Source: Perkinsela sp. CCAP 1560/9
Taxonomy: Eukaryota; Protista; Euglenozoa: Kinetoplastea
Assembly (NCBI GenBank): GCA_965644495.1
Contig: CBFFSA010000015.1
Coordinates: 186,001 to 250,000, forward strand
Direction: 5' to 3'
DNA: 64,000 nucleotides
Shown here: in pieces, positions 21,091 through 33,484 of the stretch
Layout of the letters: the number at the start of each line of letters is the position of its first letter
Numbering within the stretch: the first letter of the stretch is position 1
Notes under the pieces: model-generated
What the model was told of the DNA's origin: nothing
Database searches by the model: none
Seen by the model: the letters and a program-made list of their open reading frames with translations, nothing else
Translations under genes and position numbers: made by a program

Positions 21091-21501
21091 AACGGAAAGT
21101 TTATACAAATTATTTTGCGAGGGTACCGGTTAACGTCACCACTGTCACGCACTTTTCCCGACCATGGTGAAAGCATCACCATTGCCAATACTAAGTATTG
21201 GCGAAAGTATTACTTTCGGAATGCCGCTTTCGACCACTTTGATGAAAAACGGCATACAAGTTTGAACAAAAATTTTATAAAATATACAGCGAAGCATGCT
21301 TCTTATAAATTAAGAAAAGTGTAAAAGTCGAAAAATCACCCGTTTATAGAAATATATTAGCGGGGGTGCATCTAATCTTATTTGCATAGTGGTAGTTAAT
21401 ACCATCCACTACTGTTCACCCCCTACCTGTCACCTTTTCCCGAAAAGTGGTGACAGATATCTAAGAGGGGTACAGTATGAATAATTCTGCTGTATGTATG
21501 C

Positions 21502-22326
21502 TTATTTGTAACAATATTTTCCTTTAGTATTACGTGGATCCAACGCCACGTCGGGTTCATATTTCTCAGCAAAAGTGATCTGGTTTCCTTCTATTGCCAG
21601 AACCATAAGCGAGGAAGGAAGTTGCCGCAGATCGACCTCTCCAGTAAACTTACAATCCTGCAGCCATAAATTCGCTAAGCTTTCGGGAAGTTGGGTTAGA
21701 TCAGGCGTGCCGCAGAAGTCATTATCCCCCAGTCTTAAAATGTGAAGTGTAGAAGGAAGTGCGAGGAGGTTAATCTCACCTGTGAACTGATTTCGATTCA
21801 AATGCAATTCTTGCAGGGATGAGGGAAGGCATGTCAAATCAAGTTCGCCTGAAAATGCATTTCCGTCTGCGAAAAACATTCGCAATTCAGGAGGGGCGTG
21901 AGTAAACTGTAGTTTGCCGGAAAAAGAGTGACATTCGATGTGTAGAATCCGCAGGCCACGCGGAAGTTCGCTCAGCACCAAAGTTCCGCGAAGGCGATCC
22001 AACGCCATGATGTCATTCTCAAGGTATACGCGTTGTACGGTAGCTGGAAGAAATGACCAGGAGACATTTCCACGTAATCCCATGTTTTCCCATAACACTT
22101 CGCGGATCTCCGGATCCTTGCCTTCACAAGACACCCCTTCCCATTCACACACAGAGATGGAAGGCTTCCACGAACGATGACGATTTTTAATTCTTTGAGC
22201 GAAGGCCTGGAATTGTAGCTCGGGGGACATAACGGAGGTGTTTACCTTGCTTCCGAGTCGGCGGCGTTTTCGAGGCTGTTGCAGTTCATCTGCACGTAGT
22301 AAGCAGAATGTCGTCGTCCGAAGCAT
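21502..22326 (-). CDS. Small LRR protein
   Basis: W.PSISVCEWEGVSC N-cap plus about 6 LRR units. Confidence 0.9.
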   Translation of the reverse strand: MLRTTTFCLLRADELQQPRKRRRLGSKVNTSVMSPELQFQAFAQRIKNRHRSWKPSISVCEWEGVSCEGKDPEIREVLWENMGLRGNVSWSFLPATVQRVYLENDIMALDRLRGTLVLSELPRGLRILHIECHSFSGKLQFTHAPPELRMFFADGNAFSGELDLTCLPSSLQELHLNRNQFTGEINLLALPSTLHILRLGDNDFCGTPDLTQLPESLANLWLQDCKFTGEVDLRQLPSSLMVLAIEGNQITFAEKYEPDVALDPRNTKGKYCYK

Positions 22327-22682
22327 GTGTCAATAAGTGTTTACCCGATGAAAGTAAAAGACTGACCTCAAACGCAGGTCTTTTTATCTAATGAGCGAAA
22401 AGTAATTTGTACCGAGCTATGGTCAAAACTCTATATTGAAAAACCTTTTAAAAGACTTTTAAAATGCCGTGTTTCTGGTCAAGATGCTGTCCTGCTAAGT
22501 AATGCCTTACGAACCCAAAAAGAAAGGGATTACCTCATAATTGACCTAGATGTACATTTTCCCACCCTTCTTGAAAATATGACTTGTTGACTGAGTTATA
22601 CCTCACTCTTCCCCATGAAAGAAAAGGACCTCCTGTCACCGCAACACAAAACCGAGAACATTACAGCCACTCGGGGGTTGCC

Positions 22683-23918
22683 TCACGCCACCACACAACT
22701 TGACTCGTGGAGTTGTATGTGGACCGCGTGTCGTGGGGTCCCACGCATCTCTACAATCCCGGAGTGTAGCAAATTCACCACCTCCAACCCCTGGGGTAGG
22801 TGTCCCACCTCCACAGTCCCACACAGCCCATTGTGGGACACGTCCAGGGTGTGGAGACTCGGGGGTAGGGACCCGAGGTCTGGGGTCCCGGTGAACCGGT
22901 TATGGCTCACATCCAAGTTCTCCAGTCCCTGGGGCAACGACGTGAGGTCGAGCTCCCCGACAAAGAAGTTGTGGGAGAGGTCACAGTGGACCAGGGCGGG
23001 GGGGAGGGCCCCGAGGTCCACCTCCCCCTCCAGGCGGTTCCATGAGACCGTGAGGCTTTGCAGGGCTCGGGGGAGCGCAGGGGTGGGGAGGGGGCCGGTG
23101 AGGGCGTTGCAGTAGCCCGGCCCGTCCAACGACCCGACATCTCGGGGAGCGGGGGCCCGGGAGGAGGTGCTGGGGTGGCGACGGAGGAGGGGACCGAGGT
23201 CAAGGAGGACCACCGTGGGGGGGAGGTGGGACCAGGAGAGGGGACCGGAGAGTTCAAGACCGGCCCAGCGCAGGTCACGGGGGGAGCCGTCGGGGTGGGT
23301 GCTGACGCCGTAGAGGTCACTGACCTTGGTGGGGTGTTGCCACGAGGTGTGGGGGTTGTCGAGGGTGTGGACAAAGTCACGGAGTGCGTCACAAGGGGTG
23401 GGGTCGGGGGAATGGGGGAGTGGTGTTGCAGGGGAGGGAAGACGCTCGGGGATACCACTCCGGGGGGCGGAGTGTGGGATCTCGGGTGAGGGGGTAAGCC
23501 TCGCCTGAGGGAGATGGGCGGGAAGGTACTCCGGGTAGATTTCCGTTTGCTCCTCTTCTTCCCCCTCCTCCTGCTTCTCTTCTGGGGTCCACCCCTGTTG
23601 TGTTGAGGGACCCGATGGGGCACTATCCTGTCGTGCGGGGCTTAGGAGGCCGCGCAGGAAGCCAAAAGTGGCATACGGGAAAGACGTTGCGGTGGGGTCC
23701 TCGTCGTAGGTAGTGAAGTCAGGACCTCCGACGGGGCGATCTACCAAGGGGTCCTCATCCGGGTCCATGACTTCCTCGACTGTGTTCGCTCGTCGGCAGA
23801 AGTAGTCCATCGTATGGACGTTGGGAAGGATGAGAAGCCTGTCGTGACCCCATGTATGGCTTCCGGGAAGCACACAGTGCAAAACAGAGCACCAAACGAT
23901 GAACAGGTACGGAAACAT
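22683..23918 (-). CDS. LRR protein with a long Pro/acidic N-terminal extension
   Basis: C-terminal LP..L..LD.SHN.F.G..DL repeats; hydrophobic N-terminus; GC-rich. Confidence 0.85.
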   Translation of the reverse strand: MFPYLFIVWCSVLHCVLPGSHTWGHDRLLILPNVHTMDYFCRRANTVEEVMDPDEDPLVDRPVGGPDFTTYDEDPTATSFPYATFGFLRGLLSPARQDSAPSGPSTQQGWTPEEKQEEGEEEEQTEIYPEYLPAHLPQARLTPSPEIPHSAPRSGIPERLPSPATPLPHSPDPTPCDALRDFVHTLDNPHTSWQHPTKVSDLYGVSTHPDGSPRDLRWAGLELSGPLSWSHLPPTVVLLDLGPLLRRHPSTSSRAPAPRDVGSLDGPGYCNALTGPLPTPALPRALQSLTVSWNRLEGEVDLGALPPALVHCDLSHNFFVGELDLTSLPQGLENLDVSHNRFTGTPDLGSLPPSLHTLDVSHNGLCGTVEVGHLPQGLEVVNLLHSGIVEMRGTPRHAVHIQLHESSCVVA

Positions 23919-24059
23919 CGCACGATAGCAAAATTAAGATAAAAAAGAAACGTTAAGTTAGCATGGTATCTGTCATCCTAATTTCTTTCCTAAAAAAGAA
24001 ACGATTAAGTAGCATGGTATCTGTCATCCTCATTCTTGACTCAGTCGACTGCCAATATG

Positions 24060-24201
24060 CAGGGGGGTGCACGAAAACGTAGGGGGGTCTAAATTTTATA
24101 AAACTTTGCAAATTTTGGAAAGTATACCGCATTCGAGAGCTCTCACAGAGTTACTTGTCATGTGATAATGCGTTGTCCCATATTTTCGTGCACCCCCTGC
24201 A
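24060..24201. mobile_element. Short MITE related to the TIR of the element at 33485
   Basis: CAGGGGGGTGCACGAAAA ... TTTTCGTGCACCCCCTG; internal GCATTCGAGAGCTCTCACAGAGTT shared with 33485-33590. Confidence 0.7.
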
Positions 24202-24492
24202 TGCCCCAATAGCGAAATAGTCGAGGTTTCTCCGCGAAAAGAGCCGAATATTTACTTTTAAAAATTTTGTCAGTTCCAGGAAATCTTTACCCTTGGAAAA
24301 TGGCCTACCAATTTTACAGAAATTTAACAAGAGTTTTCCAAAAATCTGAGTCTTAATCTGAGTTTGTTGTTTAAATCTGAGCCAAATCTTTCGAGTCGTT
24401 TAAGAAATCCCAATTCCGACCTGTTATGTGATTTAGCACTGCAAGAAAAAAAATTAGAATGCCTAATAAAAACAATACGGATATCTTTGAAT

Positions 24493-25116
24493 TCACATGA
24501 CAGAGCATTTAGCATCTGTTATTTTAGTCTGTGATATATCATAAGCAACAAGCTGAGCAGAAAGCTGGCTTTTATCAAATACTCCTTTTAAGTATTGATT
24601 ACCATTTAGATGGAGTCGTGTCACATGAGGAGGTATATCCTCAAAGAAAACACGTCCCCGAAACTTGTTCTTATCTAAGTATAACATTCGCAACGTGAGG
24701 GGAAGATCTCGAAAAACAAGTTTGCCGGACAACGAGTTAGAAGTGAGAGACAAAATTTCTAAGTCACGCGGAAGGTTATCCAAAGGAAGAGAGCCGTGCA
24801 ATCCATTGTTGCTTACCATTAAAACAGTCAGTGTGCGAGGTAGCTTCTGCCACCTCGGCTCCCCCTCGAGTATTCGGTGATTCCAGTTTATCTCGAGGAC
24901 GTGACCATGCTCCGAGCAGGTGACCCCATCCCACTCACATGCAGGAGTCTCAATGGTCCATGTTGGATCACAATTCCTGACCACCGAAATAAACTTTTCT
25001 AACTCAATTTCTTGCGGATTCGAAACGGTGTTTACTTTCCCCAGGCGAGATGGACTCATGATGTCCGCACTTTTCCATGCAGAAAGCGACCCGTAAAGTT
25101 TCCACCGTAAGAACAT
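24493..25116 (-). CDS. Small LRR protein
   Basis: W.IETPACEWDGVTC N-cap plus LRR units; first ATG at 25116. Confidence 0.88.
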   Translation of the reverse strand: MFLRWKLYGSLSAWKSADIMSPSRLGKVNTVSNPQEIELEKFISVVRNCDPTWTIETPACEWDGVTCSEHGHVLEINWNHRILEGEPRWQKLPRTLTVLMVSNNGLHGSLPLDNLPRDLEILSLTSNSLSGKLVFRDLPLTLRMLYLDKNKFRGRVFFEDIPPHVTRLHLNGNQYLKGVFDKSQLSAQLVAYDISQTKITDAKCSVM

Positions 25117-25164
25117 AAACAATACTTGGGTATGCAATCTACTTAGCTACATGTACATGTATAT

Positions 25165-25590
25165 TACTAGATATCTGTCACACGTCACCCCCCTAGTTAT
25201 CTGTCGCTTTTTGGCACTTCGATTTTTTTTCGTCGACTACCCCCCCTAGTTATCTGTCACCTTTTAAAAATAGATAAAATACTTTTTTCCAAAAAAATCA
25301 TAAAATGAAACTTACATTTTTTCTTTTTGTGTTTCAAGGGAATGATCGTGCGTGGTGCTATAAACCGTTTCTGTATAAACCGTGCTATAACTATTCTGTA
25401 TAAACCTGTGCTATAAACCGTTTCTTTATAAACCGTTTCTGTAATTCCATGTTCTGTTTTTTTGTGACAGACCCCCTCCCTAGTTATCTGTCGCACACTG
25501 ATCCGCCTAGTTATCTGTCACACCCCTACCCCCCCTAGTTATCTGTCACCTTTTCGCGAAAAGTAGTGACAGATAAGTAGGGGGTACAGC
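25165..25590. repeat. MITE-like repeat with CCCCTAGTTATCTGTCAC subrepeats
   Basis: Same motif at 18020-18118, 21410-21477 and 49016-49840. Confidence 0.65.
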
Positions 25591-25788
25591 AATAGACCTC
25601 GAACGTACAAAATTTCCGATTAAATGCAACTTTCATTCAATTTGAAAATAACATTGTCGAGTATCGTAATACCATGACTAGTACAAACCTGGTCTATTAA
25701 AATTTATATACAATGGCATCAATAAAAAACATGAAGCATCGATTGGTGTACACGAGTTCTAACAGAAAAAAAGATGTACGTGATTACA

Positions 25789-27837
25789 CTAGCTGTCATT
25801 CGCCGCACCTGATGACTTGACACGACTTGGTGAATAAGTCGGATTGAGCACTTTGGTTGCGCGATCCGACATGTTCTTTCGACCCTTTTTCTTTGTTCCC
25901 TCCGTGGGATTGGATGACTCACTTCCGCTGCCGCTTTCCACGGTGCCAACACCTTCAGATATTCCTCTCTCGGCCCGTTTTTTGAAAGAATTCCCCCGAG
26001 GAGGGGACAACACATCGTGACTTACGTCGGCGGACCCTTTTACGGGTGTAGCGGAGGGCGTGGAGTTACTTGGCGTGTCTTTCGTGGGGGTCGTGGTCGA
26101 GTGCTGTTGCGGCATTGTATCAGAAGATGGGGCCGCACGTTTCGGGCTAACAAGTTCAGGTGAAAGATTACCCTCCTTTGCGACCTCCCGCTTCTGTTGC
26201 TCTGCCTCTCCAGCAGGTGTGGATTCCGGTGCCAGATTAGCCGTCGGAGGAGTGATAGTTGCGGTGGAGGGCCCCGTTGGGGTAGTCGTGGGAGTATTAG
26301 TTGCGGGCGTCGTAGGGTTGCTGCCGGAGACGTTTGCTGTGCTCTGCCGCGTCCTAGTCGGACGCAGGGGCCCGTTCACATACGCCTCCTGCATAAGTGA
26401 GGCTATATCAGGTCGATTAGTGGGATTCGGGTCCAGACACTTTCGGATAAACTCCTTTGCATCGGCACTCACCACTGGGCGCACGGGAAAATCCACCTCC
26501 CGAGCTTTACTCATGACTCCACCCGTCCATATTTGTTTCTGGGACATTCCCTCACCAAATGGGCGTTTCCCGAACAACATTTGATAGAATACCACGCCCA
26601 GGGCCCAGACATCCACCTTGGTGGAAATCCGGGGAAGCGACGTGGTGTTGAAGCACTCCGGTGGGAGATACCAATAAGTCCCTGTACCCTGGGAGGTGAG
26701 ATCTATTTCATCTCGCCCACTTTCCTCACCTATAATTTTACATAATCCAAAGTCAGTGATTTTAATATCCAAACAGTTCGGGAGATCCGTCGCGAACAGG
26801 ATGTTCGCAGGTTTTAGGTCATAGTGGATAATACGCTCTTTGTGATCCGCCAAGTAGCGCAACCCGTGGAGGAGTTGAATCAAAATGTATTTGGCATCCA
26901 CCTCCCGGAGGTTACCCCACTTCTTAAGATGTGTGTCAAGGTCGGGACCGGAGCTGTACTCCATGGCACTGATAAACGCATTGTCGTCAAGGACCTCCAC
27001 GTCGTGAAGCTGTATCACTCGAGGGTGCTCGAGCTGCATGTGCACCTCACACTCGCGCTTGGCGTGACGGATGTAATTCCGACGACGGTCTTCGGACCAA
27101 TCTGTACTCACTTGGTGAAACTTCACTGCCACTGGGCTGCACCTTACAATGTCGTACGCCTTCCACACCTCACTGAACCCTCCGCGGCCCAGAAGAGACA
27201 TCATCACATAGCGATCTAACAAAACTTCTAGGGTGGCGTACTTGCTGCGGTCCTCGTCATAAATCCTGCGCATCTCCTTGAGCAGCACCAGCTTGTCGCG
27301 CTCCAGCTCCTCCAGCTTGTCCTTTAGCACGACGTCCTCCCTCCGAGAGGCACTACCACTCTCCCCTCGGTACTGCTTGAACAGGCGATTTTGAGCCACT
27401 GCATCCTTGTATCGCTGTCCCCAGACCCAGGTTTCGCCGCTCTCGTTTGATACTGTGGGTTGCAATATCATATACCCCACGGAGTACTGCGCATCGCACA
27501 GCTTCCTTCGAGCCAAGCTGCGCTCATGGCGAGCTGCTGTGACCATCGTGTCCCGGATTCGAGCCCGGCACTCGCTGGCGTGTTCCTCAGAGGCCTCATA
27601 CATGGAACGGAGCTGAGAGAGGGCCGAGGTGGCCTCCTGGAGCTGTTGTTGTAGTCGCGCGGCTTGGTCTGTGCGAGAAGCTAACTCCTTTCGTAGAACA
27701 TCGTCGGAAGTAGAGAAGGATAATACACTCTGTTTCAGCTTCTTCAAAGGCTTGCTTTCGTTGCTCCCCTCATCCAGTGAAGAAATGCCGGCGATGGGCG
27801 GTGGGGGAAGATAGGTGGCATTACTGTCATCTTCCAT
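25789..27837 (-). CDS. TLK: Tousled-like Ser/Thr kinase
   Basis: Coiled coil, LLGRGGFSEVWKAYD, NYIRHAKRE, IIHYDLKPANIL, ITDFGL, LTSQGTGTYWYLPPECF, KVDVW. Confidence 0.93.
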   Translation of the reverse strand: MEDDSNATYLPPPPIAGISSLDEGSNESKPLKKLKQSVLSFSTSDDVLRKELASRTDQAARLQQQLQEATSALSQLRSMYEASEEHASECRARIRDTMVTAARHERSLARRKLCDAQYSVGYMILQPTVSNESGETWVWGQRYKDAVAQNRLFKQYRGESGSASRREDVVLKDKLEELERDKLVLLKEMRRIYDEDRSKYATLEVLLDRYVMMSLLGRGGFSEVWKAYDIVRCSPVAVKFHQVSTDWSEDRRRNYIRHAKRECEVHMQLEHPRVIQLHDVEVLDDNAFISAMEYSSGPDLDTHLKKWGNLREVDAKYILIQLLHGLRYLADHKERIIHYDLKPANILFATDLPNCLDIKITDFGLCKIIGEESGRDEIDLTSQGTGTYWYLPPECFNTTSLPRISTKVDVWALGVVFYQMLFGKRPFGEGMSQKQIWTGGVMSKAREVDFPVRPVVSADAKEFIRKCLDPNPTNRPDIASLMQEAYVNGPLRPTRTRQSTANVSGSNPTTPATNTPTTTPTGPSTATITPPTANLAPESTPAGEAEQQKREVAKEGNLSPELVSPKRAAPSSDTMPQQHSTTTPTKDTPSNSTPSATPVKGSADVSHDVLSPPRGNSFKKRAERGISEGVGTVESGSGSESSNPTEGTKKKGRKNMSDRATKVLNPTYSPSRVKSSGAANDS

Positions 27838-29574
27838 TTTAAACCTTTGAACACTTACAAATAGCGTTTTTTTAGATTTTAAAGTTTAATTAGGAAAACA
27901 GTAAACAAAGAAGTAAAAAAAGAATTTGATAATACTGTCCAGGTCAGATTAAGTCCAGACCACAGAGAGTACCGTATGATCTACCTGTATGATCTGGCCT
28001 GTATAAAATATAAGCTGGCCGGTGTTTATACACCGGCCTGTATTTATTACCCGTATTTACGTCGGTAAATTTTGTTTATTAATACTTGATACTTGGGGCG
28101 CAATGGGCTACGGTACGATGACGGCACACGTGCACCCAAGTTACGGATATGCCCCTTCTCAAAAGACTATTTCCTTCTTCGTACATTGCCGTGTAATAAC
28201 CGTAATCAGTTTTCATGTTGAACCTCATATCAATACACACAAAGCTTTTAGGCAGCCCAACATACATGTATGATTCCCACAAACGAATACAATTCATAAT
28301 TCCAGATTATGAAAACGAAATATTTTAACGTTAAGAAATAGATGCGCATGTTGCAGTTTAGTGGTCTTTCACTTACCGTCGTAGCTATGATGCGTGCCTA
28401 CCACTTCGAATTTATTTCGACCACGTAGGCGGATGACACATAGTTGTTCAGGAAGTTCACGTACATCAATCGTGCCTTCTAAGTTGTTGTCTGCCAAATA
28501 AATTTCTTTCAAAGATGTTGGAAGACCCTTCAACGAGACTGTACCGGAAAAGTGATTTATGTTCAACCAGAGCCAACTCAATTTCGGGGGCAAGTGTTGA
28601 AGGTTTAATGTGCCAGAAAGCTCGTTTCGATTTAAGCACAACTGCGTAAGTCCAGTGGGAAGTGTAGTAAGATCAATACCCCCTGAAAACAAGTTGCCGT
28701 TTAACCACAGGACCGAAAGTACTGGCGGGAGAACAGAAGTGTCAATAGGACCTTCTAGCCTATTAGATTGCAATTTTAGGCTGACCACATTCTCAGGCAA
28801 AAACGCCCAAGTAATGTTACCGGATAAACTAAGCGACATCCATTCTAGACGAATCATACTTTCTGTGTCCGCGTGTACGTTAAACCACTTTTTAATAGGA
28901 GTGTCGGACTTCCAGGTTACATGAGCGTTTTTCACGTTCTGTAAGAAGAAGCTTAGCTTGGTTTCTGGACTCATACACGAAGCACGTACCCTTCCCAGCC
29001 TTGTAGTGGTATGTGGCGCGTCATCCGCAGTAGAAAAGCGAGGTAACATCATGTAACAAATTATTATTATTACCCAGTTAAAGAAATTAAAATTTAGGAG
29101 GACTCGCAACTCCACATAAGACGCATCAAAATAACAAATAAAGACAATTTTTTCGCTGTTCCCTTAAGATCCGATTCTCTTGCCATCAAGAGATAGCATC
29201 GAGAGATAGCATCGAGAGATAGCTGAACACAACCTCCGGGCGTTATCCCATTCTATCACAACACCGCCCCCTACACTCCTAGCCATTCAGCTTTGCCATC
29301 GCTTGCTTCACCTTTTTAATTTCCATCTCCGTTCGTTCTCGCGAGCGCGTGATTTCCAGCACCGCCCGTCGAGCCTGTGCCAACCCCTGCATCTCAGCTT
29401 CGTGCCTTCTGCTGTACTCCTGCTGCAGGGCGGCGTCTCGCTCATGGATCGCCTTGGCCTCATACGCCAGCCGCCCCATCTCCGCTCTGCGCGTGGCTAT
29501 TTGCGCCCGCAGCGTGGCGCGCTCCTGCTCGAACTCCGCTATCTCCTCTTCGCACAGCCGACTTGAGTTTTCCA
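27718..29574. repeat. Segmental duplication, copy 1
   Basis: Direct repeat of 48859-51521, which additionally carries an 825-bp insertion. Confidence 0.92.
28369..29052 (-). CDS. Small LRR protein (paralogue of 50333-51016)
   Basis: LRR units; near-identical to the second copy. Confidence 0.9.
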   Translation of the reverse strand: MMLPRFSTADDAPHTTTRLGRVRASCMSPETKLSFFLQNVKNAHVTWKSDTPIKKWFNVHADTESMIRLEWMSLSLSGNITWAFLPENVVSLKLQSNRLEGPIDTSVLPPVLSVLWLNGNLFSGGIDLTTLPTGLTQLCLNRNELSGTLNLQHLPPKLSWLWLNINHFSGTVSLKGLPTSLKEIYLADNNLEGTIDVRELPEQLCVIRLRGRNKFEVVGTHHSYDGK

Positions 29575-29575
29575 C
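29279..29575 (-). pseudogene. 5'-truncated duplicate of the coiled-coil gene at 51226-52002
   Basis: Only the last 98 codons are present; homology stops at ~29575. Confidence 0.85.
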
Positions 29576-29687
29576 TTCTTGACTCTTACCAGAGCTCGAT
29601 CCTTCGCCTTGTCGTGGCGCTCTGGCTTACCATCCTAAAGGGTAAACCAAGAAAGGATTAAAAGAATTTAAAAATTGGAGTGACACT

Positions 29688-31066
29688 AAATTAGTGTTCG
29701 GAGTGACTGACAAGTGAGATTGCAAGGACGAATGCAAGATTGGAAAGAATGCATAGATTGAGAGAATACGATTGTAAAGAGTGGAGACTGTGCAGCTAAC
29801 CGGTGCCATCTCGTGCCGTCTTGTGCCAATTCATGCCAACCAGAACTGGGAATAATGAGACTTTTTTTAGGGATACAGAAATCACATGCATTTTTTCATA
29901 CCCTGTACCTCAATGCCCCCTCCACGGAATAATTAGGCCTTGGTGACATCGCGCGGGCCCTCACTATTTCATTTTCTTAATAAGTACGTAAGTAATGAGT
30001 GCTCATAGTTGTAACGATCTTTTGCTGCTACGTAACGCTCTTATCAACTTCTAAGAAACGGGGTAAACTATATATATATATATATACATGTATATACATG
30101 TATATACTCAAATGTATTTCATCATAACTTGCTAAAGGACTAACGAAGGGGACGTCCGCAACCGCCCCATTCGCCAGTCTCCTTCGAGGACAGTTCAATG
30201 CCACCAAGATGACAAGCTTCATTTCGGGAGTCATGCGAGGCAACCCAGGGCAAAGTGGACGAGGGAGATACCAATAGTTTAGCTGCGGCAGTTTCTAAAG
30301 GAAAAACGACATCTCTACCGTTTTAGGCGCTTGCCTTCATGCCATAAGGGAGATACCGTTTTTCCTTTGGAAACTGCCGCACCTAAACTATTGGTATCTC
30401 CCTCGTCCACTTTGCCCTGGGTTACATAGGAAAAACATGTTAGTAAAATGTTAGTAGTAAAATGTTAAAATTAGTGTTCGGAGTGACTGACAAGTGAGAT
30501 TGCAAGGACGAATGCAAGATTGGAAAGAATGCATAGATTGAGAGAATACGATTGTAAAGAGTGGAGACTGTGCAGCTAACCGGTGCCATCTCGTGCCGTC
30601 TTGTGCCAATTCATGCCAACTCATGCCAATTCGTGCCAACTCATGCCAACCAGAACTGGGAATAATGAGACTTTTTTTAGGGATACAGAAATCACATGCA
30701 TTTTTTCATACCCTGTACCTCAATGCCCCCTCCACGGAATAATTAGGCCTTGGTGACATCGCGCGGGCCCTCACTATTTCATTTTCTTAATAAGTACGTA
30801 AGTAATGAGTGCTCATAATTGTAACGATCTTTTGCTGCTACGTAACGCTCTTATCAACTTCTAAGAAACGGGGTAAACTATATATATATATACATGTATA
30901 TACATGTATATACTCAAATGTATTTCATCATAGCTTGCTAAAGGACTAACGAAGGGGACGTCCGCAACCGCCCCATTCGCCAGTCTCCTTCGAGGACAGT
31001 TCAATGCCACCAAGATGACAAGCTTCATTTCGGGAGTCATGCGAGGCAACCCAGGGCAAAGTGGAC
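29688..31066 (+). repeat. Local tandem duplication (~29688-30260 repeated at ~30467-31066) including the family F foldback at 30242-30423
   Basis: Near-identical sequence; differs in copy number of TGCCAA(C/T)TC(A/G) and TA units. Confidence 0.9.
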
Positions 31067-33484
31067 TTTGCCCAGCAGACTTATCCATAGACACCGATCA
31101 GCATACCACACCAGACATCGGACACTTCGAAGAGGTCAGGGATCCGGAGCTCCCGACCGTAAATCCGCCCTCACTAGGATACATGGATGACGCCACACAC
31201 CACACACAAACATCAACCAATGAAGTCAATTATCGCCCCTGTCGGCACATATGTAGCAACAAAGCTCAGTGCAAGCATCGATGTTGCAAAAATGGTGTCA
31301 TACAACCTAGCACGGAGGTTGTACTCCGCGAACCCGTCCGTACCTCTCCAGACCTGCACACCAGCAATGACAACACCCCTGCCCCAACAGCGCCTCGTCG
31401 CAACTGCGCTCATAAATGTAAGGACAAGGCAACATGTAAACATCAATGCTGCCAGAAAGGAGTTCTCCTCAAAGTCGCTGAAGTAGCGTACTCTGCCATA
31501 TGCTGGACCACGAGAAATATACTGTGCCCTGCAATGGGTGATGCGGAACGCGCCGCAAAAGCTTCACTACCGCCCCCTCCACGCGCAACAACCTACCCCC
31601 CAGTTCACACCAACCCCTCGAATCGCTCGAGTCCAATACTGAGCCCTGTGCGGAATGCACCACTTGTCCACGCCCCGCAACATGATTCCCCTTCTGTACG
31701 CCGCTCCTCACCTTCTTTACCCCTTGTGCAGTCCGCAACAGATCCCACGCCTCTGCCCTTACCTTTACCTCCCCCACCAGAAGGAAACTGCGAACACACG
31801 ATATTGCAGCGCATCCCTCGTGTCCGGCAAGTCCCGGCTACCCGACCTCTCCCTGAACTGCAGAATCTACTCGAAACATTCCGCACAATAAATGGAGGTC
31901 GCGTTCTAGTCCGTTTCACAGAGGAACAGTGGGAGAGTATTATTGCGAAGATCGAGGAACGCTGCAACTCGTATATCCACCTGGCGCGAAACAAAGAGGA
32001 CGCCCTGTCGCAAGCTGAAATACTCTCAGCAATCCTCGCTGTAACTGCATTCGAGGCCGCACGGGAAAACGATCCGACGCACGGCTTTCTTATACGGACC
32101 AGAACTGGCAGAGCCCGAAGAAACTCACGACCCTTAGCCATTGAACGCACAGTGAAAGTACTCAGTCAACACGTTCGACAACTTAAACGTGCGCTAACGT
32201 TCATGAAGGGTCCTGCGTGAAACAAGCAACGAGGGGAAATAAAGGAAGCCGAAAAGGCACTAAAGCAGTACATGGAAGAATCCAGTATGCAGAGGAAAGA
32301 AATCGATCGACGGTGGGCTCTTACGCGATTCCAGCGAAATCCCTGGACAGCCGCGGGCGAATGCTTAGATCGCGTCGACCCATCTACCTCAGAAACTGAG
32401 ACGTCCTACCCTACAGTTCCTGTACAGGAGGTTGAAAGATTCTTTGTGGGCTCAATGTCTAGACCAGAAGAGATACACAAGATTCCTCCCGCAGAATTTA
32501 CGAAACCAATTCCCCTTGATGAGATGCAATGGTCAGATATTGACTCAGACATGATCGCAGCAGCCGTCGCATCCAAACGCTCTGGGGCTGCCCCAGGCTC
32601 GGACACTGTATCGAACGCGCTGCTAAAGCGCTGCGCCCCTGTCTTTACTCACATGGCACAGGTGTTTAATGATGTCCTAAAATTTGGTGTATGCCCTCCA
32701 ACCTGGAAAACTGCGGTCACTCGACTTATCCACAAAGGGGGCCCCACCTCAAGTATGGAAAACTGGCGGCCGATAAGCTTGACTAGCTGCATTGGGAAGC
32801 TTTTCCACTCAATCCTCAGTCACCGTATCCTTCAGCATTCCCTGGATTCCAATGCCCTGGACACAACAATACAAAAAGGCTTCTTGCCGCATATGAATGG
32901 GACAGTTGAGCACACCCAGGTCCTTTGCGAGCTCCTCGAGCACCAGCGGCGCCACAAAAGGCAATACGTGCTTGCCCAGTTTGATATCAAAAACGCGTTT
33001 GGATCCATACCCCATACAATTTTATTTCAGGCCTTAAAATGGGCGCGCGTCTCACCGATCCTCATTAACTACATCAAAGCGCTGTACGAACGAGCGTCTA
33101 TGCAAATTAAATGTGCAGAAGGACTCACGAAGTCTATTGAGATAGGCCGTGGCGTTTTGCAGGGAGATACGCTTTCGCCTATTTTATTCAACTTGGCGAT
33201 GGAGCTAGTTCTGCGTTTTGTCCGTTCAAGTTGCCCCGAATACGGGATCACGTGGAATGCGAAAGAATTTTTTCTAAAAGCCTTCGCAGATGACCTCACT
33301 ATTCTGACAAATACCCCCCAGGAAATGCAGAATGCTACAAACGCACTCGTCAAAGTTCTAAGCGATATTGGGATGAAACTAAACGTGAAAAAATGCCGGC
33401 TGCAACACATGGCGATGACGCAAGACTCTGGATATATGACACGCCGACCACAGATCATGATCGGCACGTCACCTATCCCACATA

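Noticed and set aside
27970-28050. ACCTGTATGAT matching the end of LINE copy 1
   Set aside because: Lacks the ATCTC-stem and upstream hairpin; part of a short local repeat
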